A stretch of 63,296 bases of DNA, counting the filler, from Atractiella rhizophila (Eukaryota): the NCBI GenBank assembly GCA_021432655.1. It is 5 parts of 5 records of this genome, joined end to end, with 100 filler letters (N's around TTAATTAATTAA, not from the genome) between each part and the next. Parts side by side here need not be neighbours in the genome. Positions count along the whole stretch, not along the records: positions 1 to 19,205 come from MU271786.1; 4 more parts are not named here. The stretch is one strand, 5' to 3'. Shown here piece by piece: positions 1 to 13,124 of the stretch. Made by a program: the position numbers and the translations under genes. The notes beneath the pieces were generated by a model. That model made no database searches, was not told the DNA's origin, and saw nothing but the letters and a program-made list of their open reading frames with translations. Position 1 is the first letter of the stretch, and every line of letters starts with the position of its first letter.

Positions 1-2000
1 GAAAGGCCCGTCCAGGTACGCCAGCAACTGTCACACATATATCCCCAGCTTCCGTAGAAACTGCAAACCTAGAGGGACAAGTGTAATACTAGTCTTCTAA
101 AGCAAAAGCTTAGTCGACCAACCCTCCCTTCTCTCTGCTTGAAGACTGCGCTTGCGCCGGCCTATGGGACGACGTATGGTACTGTACACCAGCGAAGGGC
201 TCAACCCGGATAAAAGGGTCATCTTTTGTTCTTTAGTTCAGTGCTGCAGAGCTTGCACTTAGGCTCGCTCTTTCTTTCCTGCGTGCCGTTGTGCCGTCGG
301 ACCTGTAGGTTCCTCGTTATGGAGAAGCGGTTGAGGTAGCAGGTTAGCCACTCTGGGAAAACAGCGTAGGCTGCTACTACTCCCAATGACGGCCCCATAT
401 TAGAAACAAGCGAGGTTGCATTCGCCAGTACAGGATGGCTCTTGCTCCAATACGTCTTCGTCTCCAATGCCTAAGTTGTCTGCGTGCTTAACATCGTATG
501 GTCGTTACCTGGCTAAGCGGAGGTGCTTCCTGAACTGATGGAGAGCTGATGGGTTTTCGGGAGGAAGGAGGGGGCGTATGGACAAGTCCTGCAGTGCAGT
601 TTAACTTAAGTAGACAGAAAGGGTTGGTCCTCCGGTCTTTGCGCCTTTGTGTCTGATTGGTTACTTTAAGCTGACCGAAAGAGTCCGCACTTTGGTGGCA
701 GCCGTTCTCGAGATTTTCGGAGTTCCTACCTGTGGCAGGGGCTAGGCAGTAGCAGGCGAGGGCCCCGCCCCTCGTCTCCTTTCTCCATCAAGTATGACAG
801 AACTACGCGAGGTTAGTGTTGGCAGAGGACCCACCTTCCGTCGCTGACACCCCGAAGCTTTGCACGATACTGCCTGCCAACTGCCTTTGGCACCAACTTA
901 TCTGACTGTGACTCGCCGCACGGCATGCCACGCGCGCTCCGCTAGAAGGGGTCTGAAATTCGTAATCTTCTATAGCCTCAACCTCCTTCTCCTTCTACCT
1001 CTCTGTCTGGACCTCCTGTACCACCATTTAGGTCTTCCGCGAAACGAAGGGCCAAAGGCGCAATTTCATAGCCAACACCTTCCTGCATTCCCAACGCTCC
1101 CACGATAAGTCTAAGAGGAAGAACTCGCCCCGCTATCAAGGGGACTGAACTATCCGTACAAACTACCCTCCCTCAAGGCCGAGACCAGGTTTTCGGTTAG
1201 TTGCGGTCACCAGAGTAGTTATAGGTCTTCACTGTTCTTTCTGTTTTATGGTAGAAGAGGTAGCGCTACTTTGGAGTTAGGGAGCATGGGGCAATGTAGG
1301 CGGTGAAAGTGAGGTCGGGACGCGTTAGAGTTGAACAGAGGGAGTCAGCGTAGGGTCTGGAGCGGTTGCCACGAGGGTTGTGGGACTCGGGAGGACGAGA
1401 GAGCGTTCTGCACACGCGCGAGCCCCTTCTCCTTCAGCACGTTCAGCTGCCCCAGATAGCGACCTAAGCTACGCTCCCACACCTCCTCGAGGCCGCTCCT
1501 CTTATGCTCACTCCCTCTATATGGATCCCTGACCTCCCTCCGCACTCTTTACGGCAGCTCCCTCTCCCCCTCAACACATCCACCTCAGCCTCTCCGTTAC
1601 CTACTCCGCTCGTTCCCGTCATCCTCCCTATCGTAGGACACTTTTGTTGTGATACCCCGACTTCCGCTCACTTACCCACCTGGAAAATATGCAGGGTCTA
1701 CAAACGCCATGCCCCCTTCCGTCTCAGTGTTATGACTTCCCGTGCCGCCTCACCCACCACGACCGCCCTGTCCATCAGCTCCTTCACCCAGATAGGTGAC
1801 GAACCAGATTTCTCGTCGAGAACCTAATTGCTTCCAAACTTCGGACCAAGCTTGAGCTCGCCCGGCTTCCCTCCTACCTCTTCCTCCCCTTGATCGTCCT
1901 GGGGGCGGTTTGAAACTCGAAAGCTGATTTGGCAGGGGAGTGGTTCCGAAGTAGGTGGCTCCGCAGTGAGGTGACCGTGGTTTGAGCTGCCACACTTAAC
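1..2000 (-). pseudogene. Decayed coding-like sequence of unknown origin (probable repeat or pseudogene)
   Basis: A minus-strand frame reads as protein-like text interrupted by many TAG/TAA stops; the region is GC-rich yet TpA-rich. No recognisable domain; boundaries approximate. Confidence 0.3.
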
Positions 2001-2324
2001 GCTTCCGCCAAACAGCCCCTCCTTGCTGTTGGACTGTTTACGTAGTTAGTCCATTTTAACATTATCGTGAGACAAAGAGGGTTAAACTTATGATGGAGAG
2101 GCAGTGTCAAGTACTCCCTCTGTCTTTTCCCTCGATCACGCACTCGAGTTCTCCAAACTGGCAGTAGCCTTTGCGATCGAACTTGGAGGCTGGACGCCAT
2201 GGAGATGAGGCATGGTGCCTAGGTATTCCGCTGTAATAAATATTTTCTGCAACAGGGTGATTGGGAGCTTTGAGCGTGAGGTCCTTTTTGGCGCACTGAT
2301 GTAAGGTACCTCGTCTAAGCAATC

Positions 2325-4735
2325 CTAGTGGTTTGCCGCCGTCTGTGGTCGAAGGAGTGACTGAATAGTGTGGTTGAAATCTTGAAGTTTGGGAGACGGT
2401 GGCGTTAGCTCGTCCGTTTCTCCCTCGATCACTTCAATTTGCTCAAGGTTCGATACAGGCTGCAGACGTGTTATTCGTTGAATGATTGTGGAACAAACAA
2501 GGAGCAAGAGAGACCCACTTCCTCTACTTCCTGTCCTGCGACAAACGCCTCATACGCATCCACCCACTCCGCCGTGCTCTTTCCAGTGTAAGCTCTGTGT
2601 TTCCAAAGTCTCACAATCCTTATCCCTTTTCAATGCCTCTATCACAATCCAAGATGAGGAGATTGACAAACCTGCGTAATGCGTCGTTGAGCTCCGGGTG
2701 TGCTTTCTTCCATTCAGAGAGAAACCATGCTCCATCTTCCAGAGTGATGATATCGGTGAAGAAGAAGAATTCACCATCGAACAGAGCCTTGTTCGACGCT
2801 CTATCTCTCGCTGCAAACAACTCTAAATTCTGGACCGATCTCATTAAAACTTCATAGAAGATTTCTTCCAGCAGCTGCTTGAGTCGTTGCAAACTCTCAT
2901 TCTGTGGAAAAAGTTCTAAAGCGCGTAATGATCGGCGATAACCTCGGTAGCATGGGAGGAGGAAGAAACATTGAATGTTGAGTGATGTACGATATCGTTC
3001 TGGTCCATGTGCGCTGGAGTAGAGGATGAAAGAGGAGCTTGCGAGAGAAGGATCGAAGAGAGAGTAGGGATGGAAGGTGAAATGGTCTCTGCGGAAGGTA
3101 CGGAAAGCATTGACGAGCGCATACGCTCGCTTCACATCAGCCCACCACGTCCGCTTCCATCATCCCCAATGTACGTCTTTCTATCTGCGAGTTATCAGCC
3201 CGTTAGAAGAATCACACTTGAATTCAAGAGAAGGACGGCGCACCGCACTGGGGAACAAGAGCACGGACAAGATAAAGATTGGTCCAGTAGGCATCTTCGA
3301 AGTCAGCCTTGCTCAGGACTGATGTATCCGCGCTGAAGAGGTGCAAAGGGTCGAAATAGTATTCCAAATCGACTGGCAAGTAGGGATGACACTTCCGTAT
3401 CAACCTCTCTGTCCTGAAAAGATTGTCATTGCGGAGCCTAGGATGCAATGGAAGACAAGTACAGTTGTGCCTCACGGCCTTGTGAACGCTGTTTGATATC
3501 TTCCACCTATTATATAAGCTCATCAGTGTGGGGAAGGGTAAAGAAGAAACCACGACACCCAAAGAGCTTCGAAGAACCTATCCACATATTCTCTTCTCAT
3601 CCCTTCATCCTGCAATAGAGTCTCAAATGCAATGACAGCCAAACTCAACAATTCCTTAGCGTCTTCAGGGGGATAAACGATATGGGATATCGTGGAAAGA
3701 ATGGCCAGCGATACTGAAAGGCTCTTTGCCGTCGTCTGCCTCAAAGGAGAGGAGTAAGAGACGGCGAGGGCAAAACAATCGGCGGTTAGCTGACTACGGA
3801 CAAAATGCCGCGCTTTCCCTTGAGCCCGCAGGTCGAGAATCTCTTCGTTCGCGCCAGTAGGGATGGAAGGGAGGGATTTTGACGCAAGAACTGCCTGTTC
3901 CTCGTCGTGTTGGAGAAAGCGCATGAGAACAGAGACAGACGTACGGAGTGCGACGATAATTCACTGCCTTTTGCCAAAGCCAGAGCCATCCATATCTAAT
4001 AAAGTGTTAAAACGCTTACTAATGGAGGGAGGAAAACCAAGAACCTCTCCATAATCTGCCTGAGGAACTCCGTGCTGCACTAACTCATAATAGATATCGT
4101 CGCGAGTAGCAGCCGCCCCTCCCGCCAAATGAATGAGCAAGGAAGGCAATGAGGTCACTGAGACACCGATGAGATGTATTTTCAAAGAAGTGGCTAGTTG
4201 AGTAAGGCTTAATCGAGATGTGAGAGAAAATTCGCCAGGGTATTGATTAGAAGTGACAAGAGCGTTGGTGTATTCGGAAATAAGTTGAGGGCTTGCTGCT
4301 CTGTGATTGACCCGTCTCCTGGTTTGGAAGTGAACATTAGACCGTTTCGAGCCGCGGGACGCTTTTTGGATGGCATCCTGAAGCTCGCTCGTGGAAGTGA
4401 ATGTTTGGTGATCTTCAGGAAGCTGGACACTGAAACAACGCAAGCAGTGAGCTTCGAAACACCTTCGAGAAAGAGTTCATGTACCCAGTTCCGAAGTCTC
4501 CTTTGCGTAAGGAAGGTTTCTTTGACGGAGTTTGACGAACTTTTCGCTTCTGCACGACAAAGTTGCACCTTCACCCAACGTGGCATCGCTCAGTAATTGT
4601 ATATACTGCAAATGGAGAACAAACATACGCAGCGCCAGCTCGAAGGCAATCGTCGCAAGAGAATCTGCCTACTCTCTTCGAACATTCCAACCCCTTTCGA
4701 AGGCATCGTTCGCAAGTGCTGCTACTAGTAGCCAT
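2325..4735 (-). CDS. Zn(II)2Cys6 fungal transcription factor, multi-exon
   Basis: ATG at 4735 gives MATSSSTCERCLRKGLECSKRVGRFSCDDCLRAGA; after a GTATGT..AAG intron it continues ACNFVVQKRK, completing C-x2-C-x6-C-x8-C-x2-C-x6-C. Downstream exons match ORFs 3961-4443, 3523-3924, 3224-3562, 2620-3135 and 2325-2507. The zinc cluster is absent from the ORF track because the exon is short. Confidence 0.8.
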
Positions 4736-5067
4736 TTAAAGCGATGTCTCAAGAGATGCAGGCTTATAAAGCTGCGACGCTTCTGACTTGCTGATGGTTG
4801 AGGCAGGCAATTCGGGGACAACAAACGCGGCCACTCGCAATATTCATCAAGCTAAATTTTGCTTCCGTTTTTACCCTGTTATAGCATTACGAGTGAGTAC
4901 GGTGTACATGCGATCAAAGTTGGAGAAGGTTTCAAGGGAAGCACTCTCTCACTCTGCGTTATGTATATACAGGGAAGACGGTTCTGAAAGTATTGGACTC
5001 ATCTGTTGGCTTATCATAAACGGAACAAACCTTTCAAGTTTATCTCAGCGAATGTGGGTGGTACGAA

Positions 5068-6107
5068 TTATCGCATTGGAATATCCTTGAACTCATCATT
5101 GTCATGTGGGGAATCTTGTCTATCGCCACTGTCAACGAAGGTACCTGCACTTACTGCATGCCGCATCTTAAAAACCCTTTCGAGCCCTCCTAACATGTCA
5201 GTCTCAAGCTTGCGACCAAGCAGTTCAGCCTCGATTGCCTTCAGGGTTCCGTTCATTGTCAGGCTCCAACGTCTCTTCTCTTCATCGCCTATTGGACCAT
5301 CCCGACAGGCTCTAAGAGCTTCAGTGTTGTCGTTGGCATCCCACATAGCAGAGCTTCAATCATCATCAGCCCAGAAGTTAAACGGAGAGAAGTAAGAGAG
5401 TGGGTGCAGACCGATGTCCCTTCTTATTCAGCTCATCGACCACCAGTCTCTTCGGCTGCATCAAATACGGAAACTGAGCCGTGATGCTTTCCCTTGTATC
5501 GTGTTCCGAGATGGGGGAGATGCGGAACGAGGAACACAGTCGATGGTCTTCCGGCCAGAGCGATTCGCGCACAAGCACGTTCGAAATTTTGTCAGGAAAT
5601 GTCGACAGAATGTACTCCCGCCCTAGTTTGAGGTGGGAGAAGCTCTGAAACTGTAGGACGATGCGGACGCCATAACCTTTTTTTCGTTTTTTGCTTTACA
5701 ACCAAAAGTAGAGATTGGTCAATACTGGCTGTTTGTGGAAACGTGGGAAGGACAAACACCACTTCATATCGACAGGCGTAATCTCTCAAGAACTCTCCTT
5801 GTGATGCGGAGCTCCTGGGCCACCACATATTTTCCTTAAACCAGCGCACATATTCCTCTGCACCATTTTTCATTGAAAAATGCGGAGAAGAGGGGTGAAG
5901 GGTTGCGTAGAAGCCTCGTGATATGAGCTGTTTGTCCTTTGCGGAGGAACTTGATGAAGGAACTTTCGCTGGAGCAGTCCGTGAGGCACCTTGAGATGAC
6001 GACTTGGTCCAAGTTTCGGATTCGTAGTTGAAGCTCTCGTCGCGGTGCGCTGATATTGGTGGCAACTTGGGCGAGCTTGAATACAAGCGAGAGAGCGTAG
6101 GGAACAT
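5068..6107 (-). CDS. Hypothetical protein, possibly with an N-terminal mitochondrial presequence
   Basis: Collinear minus-strand ORFs 5592-6272, 5378-5578 and 5068-5346. The MFPTLSRLYSSSPK start is Arg/Ser-rich and lacks acidic residues. Exon joins not resolved. Confidence 0.4.
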
Positions 6108-6845
6108 GCGAACAGGGCTTTGCATGAAGAGCAAGAAAAAGAAGTTGAACAGCTGTCCCAACGGTCGGATGTACGGGCGGAAAACCAAAGGGAAATAGAT
6201 TGATGTCAATGTGAGCAGATAATCATGGTCATATTCAAGATAACAACCTGGATTTCTTTGTCGCATAAGCACTAATATTTTGCTTTTTTGCCATGGTGCA
6301 TTATTTCTTGTTTCCCTGAAAGTCGGAAGCTTGCCAATCGTGGACTTCCATACCAGAGCACATGTTTAGCAGGTTGTTCGGGCGGTATCCCAACTGCTGC
6401 AAGCTTATTTATTCCGAGGCTTTGAAATCTAAGTTCCGTGCTCAAACTGGTGTCTCTGATCGTTTGGGAAAGATCACTCAATCCCTTAGCTGTGTGCGCT
6501 GTGCTGTCGTACAAACGAATACTCTCCGGTTTTTCGCCGAGCTTCGAGGATGTATCGGAGACACCTGTAGCTCTGCTTCTCGTGAGTGTTGAATCCACGA
6601 CGAACGTTGCACAATTGCCTAGACCTACAGTCGGGACAGTGACGTGACGGCGGAAAACGAGTGGAGATCTGCTCATCCTCAAGGAATGTCAGTTGGTTGG
6701 GACACGAAGTTGTTTGTCCGTACATTATGGAGGCTGGGACGCAGGCTAGCCTTCTTATACCCTGGAACGCCTGCCTGGTCGCGTACTGTCGTTTCTGTTT
6801 TCTTCTGACGGGAAGAGTAGTTAGATTCTAGATTCTAGAATTACG

Positions 6846-9587
6846 ATGCCGAGACTGGATCTCCAAGAGTAAGTGGGTTACACCTTCATACGCTGAGTTG
6901 CTGACTGGGGTTTTGCAAGTACCAACCTCGAGAGGGAACGGTTGAATCGAGCACTCCCATTTTCACGCAATCCTTTTGACACTGCCGAGAACTACAAAGT
7001 AATCAGTGATAGGTGAAGAAGCCGCCATTCTAGAATCAGCCAGATCTCGACTGACTGCTTGCTGAGTATAGACTTAGCGGTGAGAAAAAGTTGTATGGGA
7101 AGCATGGAACGCAACAAGATGAAGAAGAAGAGGCAGAACTTGTCGATGGTCCTTGGACAGAAGGTCTCACGGACTTGTTCTTCGTTGCAGCTTTATCCTC
7201 ATTTAACCAATCCCAAACCCTCACGACGAGAGGGAACCTCGCGAGCTACGTGGGATTTTTCACTGTGATATGGTGGACATGGACATCACAAGTACGTCGA
7301 ACCATTGAATCAAGGACAAATTTGATTGACGTGGTTCTCACAGATTCTTTATGACGTTCGTTATCAAACTTCGGATCTCTTCCATCGACTAGTCAAGATC
7401 TTCCAGCTCGTCCTTTATGCGACGTGGGCAGGCTATTCTGCGTACCTCGATTTTGGGTTCGGCCTATTTCCTGAAGAACCTATCGTGGATGTGGATGGCG
7501 ACTTATCCGCCGTGAACGACGTAGATGTCACTATCCAGATACGACGGAATGCCATGGACGATCAAATGAAAAGAAGCATTCAAACATTCGCACTAGTATA
7601 TCTCATCTCTCGAGCAGTGCTGCTGCTTCAATACGCACGCCGTACGCGCCGACTATTTTGCATCGTTCGAGCTCACCTTTATCTGCTGCCTTAGTGTTGT
7701 ATTACGCTTGGATCTCCAAAGCCAACAAACGAACATTCCTTATCCCCATCAGCGTTCTTTGCCTTTCATCAGCTCTTTGGGGACTGGGATATGTGTTTTT
7801 GGTGACATCTGACAGCAAGGTTCCTCTCATTATATCTCAGCTGCTAGATCTAACTTTTCACTAAAGGGCCTCGCTATTTTACGGCTTGTCTTTTGGTTTG
7901 GAGGTATCCTACTAGAAATGTCCGCAGGTAAGTCTCACCTGGAAACTTCGTCAAGTCATCATTCATTGGGAGAACAGGTTTATGGGAGACGCAGCTAGAA
8001 GGTTTTTGTTCGATACCGTAAAACGAATGTCGGAGAGAGGCTCGGGCTCTTGACCTTGATCATTATTGGCGAAGTAAGTTGGGATTTTGTCTTGCCAGCC
8101 TAAACTCATGAGTGCTTCAAAGGGGGTCATTGCCCTCGTCTCAGTTGCTCAAGGTGTCATTTATGGGCTCGGGTTCACTGCCGTCTCCTACATTCAAGTG
8201 CTTGTGGCTTTCCTCATCATCTACTGTCTGTGGGGTGAGATTTTTTGTACGGTGTGCCATCCAGGACCTGATGACAAGCAGCAATCTACTTCGATGGATT
8301 CTCAAGACGCCTGGAGACGGGACGAATCCGATCGATAATCTGGGTCTATTTACACCTCTTTTTGCAACTCAGCATTGTCTTCACTCTAGCAGGAGTCAGA
8401 TCTTCGCTGGCTATTGGAGTAAGCTTTGCGTCTGAACGTTAGAGAGATGTGAACTGACCATGGTCTTACATAGGAAGTAAACGTTACCTCCCGGACCTTG
8501 TTTCGCCGTATTCAAACTGGATTTGACCAGTTGCGTGACAATTATCAGGTGTACACGCCTGAGAACATTGCGTTAGCGGAAGATCTCTCCAAGTTCCAGT
8601 CTGATTGGTAAGTGATCCTTGTTATTCCTCGAAAAATATTCACTCGGCTTGGCCAGGATCCCCACAGTGCGTACTGACATCCTCCTCCTACGGTTGGAGC
8701 CGAAATGAATGCTTCGTACAGCTGAGGAAGCTGAATGATCTTTACCAAGCTGGCTTGAACGGAACACTAACCGACGACAATGCGGTGCCTACGTTAGGCG
8801 TTCTATTCGACACGGATCTAGTGGTGGCAATCTACCAGAAGGCGAATATCGAACTAGGGAGTGACATTTTAGAATTACGCGACAGAATCAAAGGAGACTC
8901 GAACGAGACGACTTACGGTAGGTGAACTACCTCTGTCTGTAGCAAAATAATGACGGCTTTCAGATAATCTTACCCTGCTACAAAATAAGCTGCTCGAGAC
9001 GGGCTTTCGCCCGACCTTATATGTCTTCCCAGCAGCAGGGTTGTTTCTAACCTTGCTGCTGATGATCAGGCTGGTAGTTAGGTGGCCGTCAGGTTCGTGT
9101 ATATTTCTTGAAATCGCGACGTCCACTGAAAAAGAGCAATAGACGTTTACGCGTGGCTCTCGGCAGCGACGTTAGGTCTTTTCGGGGGAATACTCATCGT
9201 CTTCTTGCTTTTCAGCAAGGGTCGCCATACGATCGAAGACGTCGTGATTCAAGACTTCAACGCTACTGTGTACAAGATAGCGAACGCCTCATGGCTGCGT
9301 ACGTTGTGCCTTATTCATAGTGGCCCATCATCGATGATGATCCTGTTGCAGTGCCAGCCATCTTCATTGTTTACGTTTTAGTCATCCTGCTGGAACAGGT
9401 GCTGTTACGATTGGCGAAGAGGGAGTACAAGAGCCATGGTCAAGGCAGACGGAAAACGAGAAGTTCGTTTGCATCAGAAAAGAGAAGAGAAAGTCAAGAA
9501 AATGGTCTGGCGCTGAGTCAGAATTCACACACACCTTTACAGCAAGACTTTTTGAGGGACGAGTACAGAGGGCTGCTCACTTCGTGA
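6846..9587 (+). CDS. Low-temperature requirement A (LtrA)-like multi-pass membrane protein, many exons
   Basis: ATG 6846 followed by a GTAAGT intron. Motifs WTEGLTDLFFVAALSSF, FFTVIWWTWTSQILYDVRYQTSDLFHR and MSERLGLLTLIIIGEGVI are typical of fungal LtrA-family proteins. TGA at 9585-9587. Confidence 0.8.
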
Positions 9588-10009
9588 GACATTCAAGGAC
9601 ATTCAAGGACTTTCGTTGCACATCGTTCTATTTACTATCTATATTGTGTTTGCAAATTCCCCCCCGGCATCGATTTCGGTCTGTCAAGTATCATTCAGAG
9701 CCCACATCCCAGAGACTAAGGTGCGGTGTTAGAACAGTGAAGCTACTGTTAACGACAATCATTTTAGCAATGTAGCCAGGAGCATTTTGTAAAGTCACGT
9801 CGAGGTAAGTTCGGGTACGGTGGCTCTCCTCCTCCAAAACAGATGTCAGGTATTAAAATCACACGCCAACAATGCGTTGTGGAACCTCTTCAAATCCATT
9901 CCTCATTACTATAGAAAGAGCTCCTCCGACTGCGTTCGCAAAATGGCAAGACTCTTCCATGGAGACGTCAGTGTTGCGCTTGAAACAGACTGAAAGCCAC
10001 CTTGTCCTC

Positions 10010-10397
10010 ACCAATCCCCACAGAGCTGACGAAACGCAAAGAACGCTAATAGCGACCCGTTCTTTCGTTACCTTTCGAGATCTAAACGTAAATATAGCAC
10101 TGTGGCAGAATAACTTTGAGCTTTAAACGAAGCAAAATAGTCGGTGACTACGGCGTGCGTATTGAAGCAGCAGCACCGTTTGATCTTACACAGCACTCCG
10201 TCGCATCTGCATATCGCTGCGATATCGTCATCAGTTGTCGGAAGAGATGCGAGGTTTGCTGACAAACTTCATGAAGAACCGTAACAACGTCCTCAACAAT
10301 GTCCTTCATTCAATGGTTCGACGAACTTGGGCTGTCCATGTCCAAAATATCACGGTAAAAAGCTCATATAGCTCGCGAGGATTCCTCTCGTCGTCAG
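10010..10397 (-). pseudogene. Inverted, internally deleted partial copy of the adjacent LtrA-like gene
   Basis: The reverse complement aligns to ~7215-7790, including intron sequence. Exact matches: 28 nt (10149-10176 vs 7617-7644) and 16 nt (10308-10323 vs 7295-7310). Contains frameshifts and deletions. Confidence 0.85.
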
Positions 10398-11761
10398 GTC
10401 TGGAAATGGTTTCTTGCTACAGTAATTGATTCAACGCAGTTTTGCAGCATCGTCAGGATACTGAAATCCTCGAAATAAATCAACAAATGGACAAACACCG
10501 TAGAACATTGGAAGTTGGGACCCGCAACATAGTCGGAGTTCTCTATTGGCAAGGAGTCAATTCTGGTGTCATTGATATGCTCCGCTTCGACCCCAAGAAA
10601 GTGACAGACAGAAATATCTCCAATGAGAACTGAGGCTTTATTTTTCAATCTTGATTTCTGCGCTGCAACACAACCGGCTTTTGAACATGCTTCATATAGA
10701 AACCACTTCTGATCAACGATCATAGCTGCTCTCCAAGCAACAAGCACGAATGATATGGACCGACCACGCAGGCATTCACAATGTCCCGTATTCCCTCTTG
10801 AAACTGTGAAACTGTATTGGAGAGGGTAATATGGACTGGATTTGAGGAAAAGGAGTCACTGCAAATGCCACCTCCCGATTTCCCGACTGTTGCGCTGTTG
10901 CGATCAACAGTAGAATTAGGGCAATCAGGGTATAGGCAAGTCGGGTCATGGAAAGAGAACCCGGAGTCATAAAATGAAGCAACGGGAAGAGACTCACAAC
11001 ACAATGGGGTACCAAATCTGCCCATTGCCTTAGGAGTTAAATCAAGTTCCGTCCTTGCCTTCTTTTTTCAACTTATAAGCTCTACCTTTACATCCAGCTC
11101 AAATCACTCTTTCTCTAACGTTGCCGGTCAGCCCCATCCTCGATAACACTCTCCTTGCTAGCTGCGAAGTGGACACAGTAAAGAAGTATCCGGTTAACGC
11201 CGTGTCGGATATCGGGGACACTCACATCGGCATTCGGCCGAAGAGTCATCCTTTGTTTCGCTTCAGTCCTCTAGCCGCCGGTTCTTGCTCCCAAGTTTTT
11301 CTAGCCCCAATAAAGGCCGCCACCCGCGCTTGTTCTTCCTGTGACCCCCTTTCGACCAGCCTTTCGACCAGCCTTTCGACCCCAATCCAACGCCAGCCTC
11401 CTCCCAAAGCGACGTTCGACTTTGCACTTTTTAGTAGGACTCTGTCTGTTTGGCGGGGATTATACACGGCTGAAACGATCGAAAAAGTTACCGGCATTTT
11501 GTTTGGAAAGGAAAGAAAGTGTTTGTCATTCTGCATAAAGGTGAGCTCTTTGCTGCTTTCAGGGTTAGAAGAAGTGAAATCAGTGTGCTGAAGCGCTATC
11601 TACTTGCTCAGAACAAAGCATCAAATTCTGTCCAGCCAGTGTCGAACGTGCCGCTTCACGTTCCTTAGTACAAGCGAATTAGCTTGGCAACGAAACGTTG
11701 CTGTCAGCGAATCTCTCCTCTTCCTTCTGATATTTTCTCTGATCCAGCATCAACAGGAACC

Positions 11762-13124
11762 ATGTCTCTCCCTCCCTACACGCCAGCCCGGCCATCGCGT
11801 CGTGCCAAGCACACAACTCACAGTCGCAAGCCTCGCTTCCTGCGATCGCCTTCCCGAAGGTTCCTTCTCTTCTTCACCTCCGTCATAGCCTTCCTCATCA
11901 TCTTCAAACGACGCGTATATGTCACTTCCACCCTCATACACGCTTACACCTACCCCTTCTACCACACAAATGAGGTCCCGTACGAATTCATGAACAGCTC
12001 CCTATCAAGCATCTCTTCGGGCTCAGATGCTTCTGATTCGGTCAGCACCGACGTGGGCCAGTTGATGGAAGAGAAGGTCCCAAATATCTTCCATTCCCTC
12101 TTCCTTACAGGAGGAACCGGCAATGGGAGCTCGATTGAGATGAAGCCGGATTGGATTAGAGCAGACGATGAATGTCGACGCTTGCATCCCGAAGCCAAGT
12201 TCATGAGATGGACAGATGAAAATGCTACGGCTTTCGTTGGGCAGTATTACCCCGAAATCTATGATTCTTACATCGGGTACAAGCAGAGTACGCTCTCTTC
12301 CTATTCCATCTGGAGACATCGATGTTAACGAGTGGCTATAGACATTCAGCGCTCAAATATCCTCCGCTATCTTGTCCTCCATCACTACGGAGGCATATAC
12401 CTTGATCTTGACCTCATGTGCCGCATCAACCTTGACCACTTTCGCTACACCTACGACTTCGTTACCCCTCCCGCCGCTCCGTCTGGAGTCAACAACGCAT
12501 TCATCGCTTCCGCGAAAGGACACCCCTTCTGGAGCTTCATGATCGACCACATAAACTATTTCAACCTCCCATACCCATTCCCATACCTCGAAAACATGGC
12601 ATCCACCGGCTGCTTGTTTTTCACCTCCATCCACCTCATCGCCCCCTCTTGGATCCGGAACAGCATGTATGTCCTACCCGGGAAAGGAGAATAGGCTGAG
12701 AGGACGAGTCGTCACGCCGCTGTTTGAACATTTTGGAGCGTCCAGCTGGCACAAAGGCGACGCGAAGGTGATATTGATGCTCGGACAGACGATTGAGAAT
12801 TTTTCGCGCTCCGGAGGCTTCCGCATCGTCCTCTTCGTCCTCTTCCTCCTCGTCGGCTCCTTGGCATATTTGCACTTCAAACGTCGATTGGCGAGGGGAA
12901 CGCGGGTGAAACTTGGACCGGACGCGGTGGAGGAAGGAAGGAGGGTGGAGGAGGAGAGGGATATCATGATGGAGGATTATTCGTTGGATGAGTCCGGGAG
13001 CACGGGGATGAGTACGAGCGGAGGAGAGGAGGATGAAGATCAATATTCGCCGCGTCTGAAGGAGGACAGGAAGGCGAACGCTGGATGGGGAGGAGTGTGG
13101 GGGATGGGAAATGAGAAGGTTTGA
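11762..13124 (+). CDS. Glycosyltransferase family 32 (SUR1/CSH1-like mannosylinositol phosphorylceramide synthase type); apparent +1 frameshift near 12683
   Basis: N-terminal TM anchor, KVPNIFH, WTD, IQRSNILRYLVLHHYGGIYLDLD (DxD), NNAFIAS..GHPFW, STG, LFEHFGASSWH, C-terminal TM. Intron 12288-12341. Confidence 0.85.

Noticed and set aside
10400..11030. Short ORFs on both strands, including a GNQGIGKS P-loop-like string and a signal-peptide-like stretch
   Set aside because: Surrounded by stops, with no supporting motifs or consistent exon structure.
11348..11381. 12-bp tandem repeat CCTTTCGACCAG (~2.8 copies)
   Set aside because: Short slippage duplication in intergenic DNA; no evidence of function.
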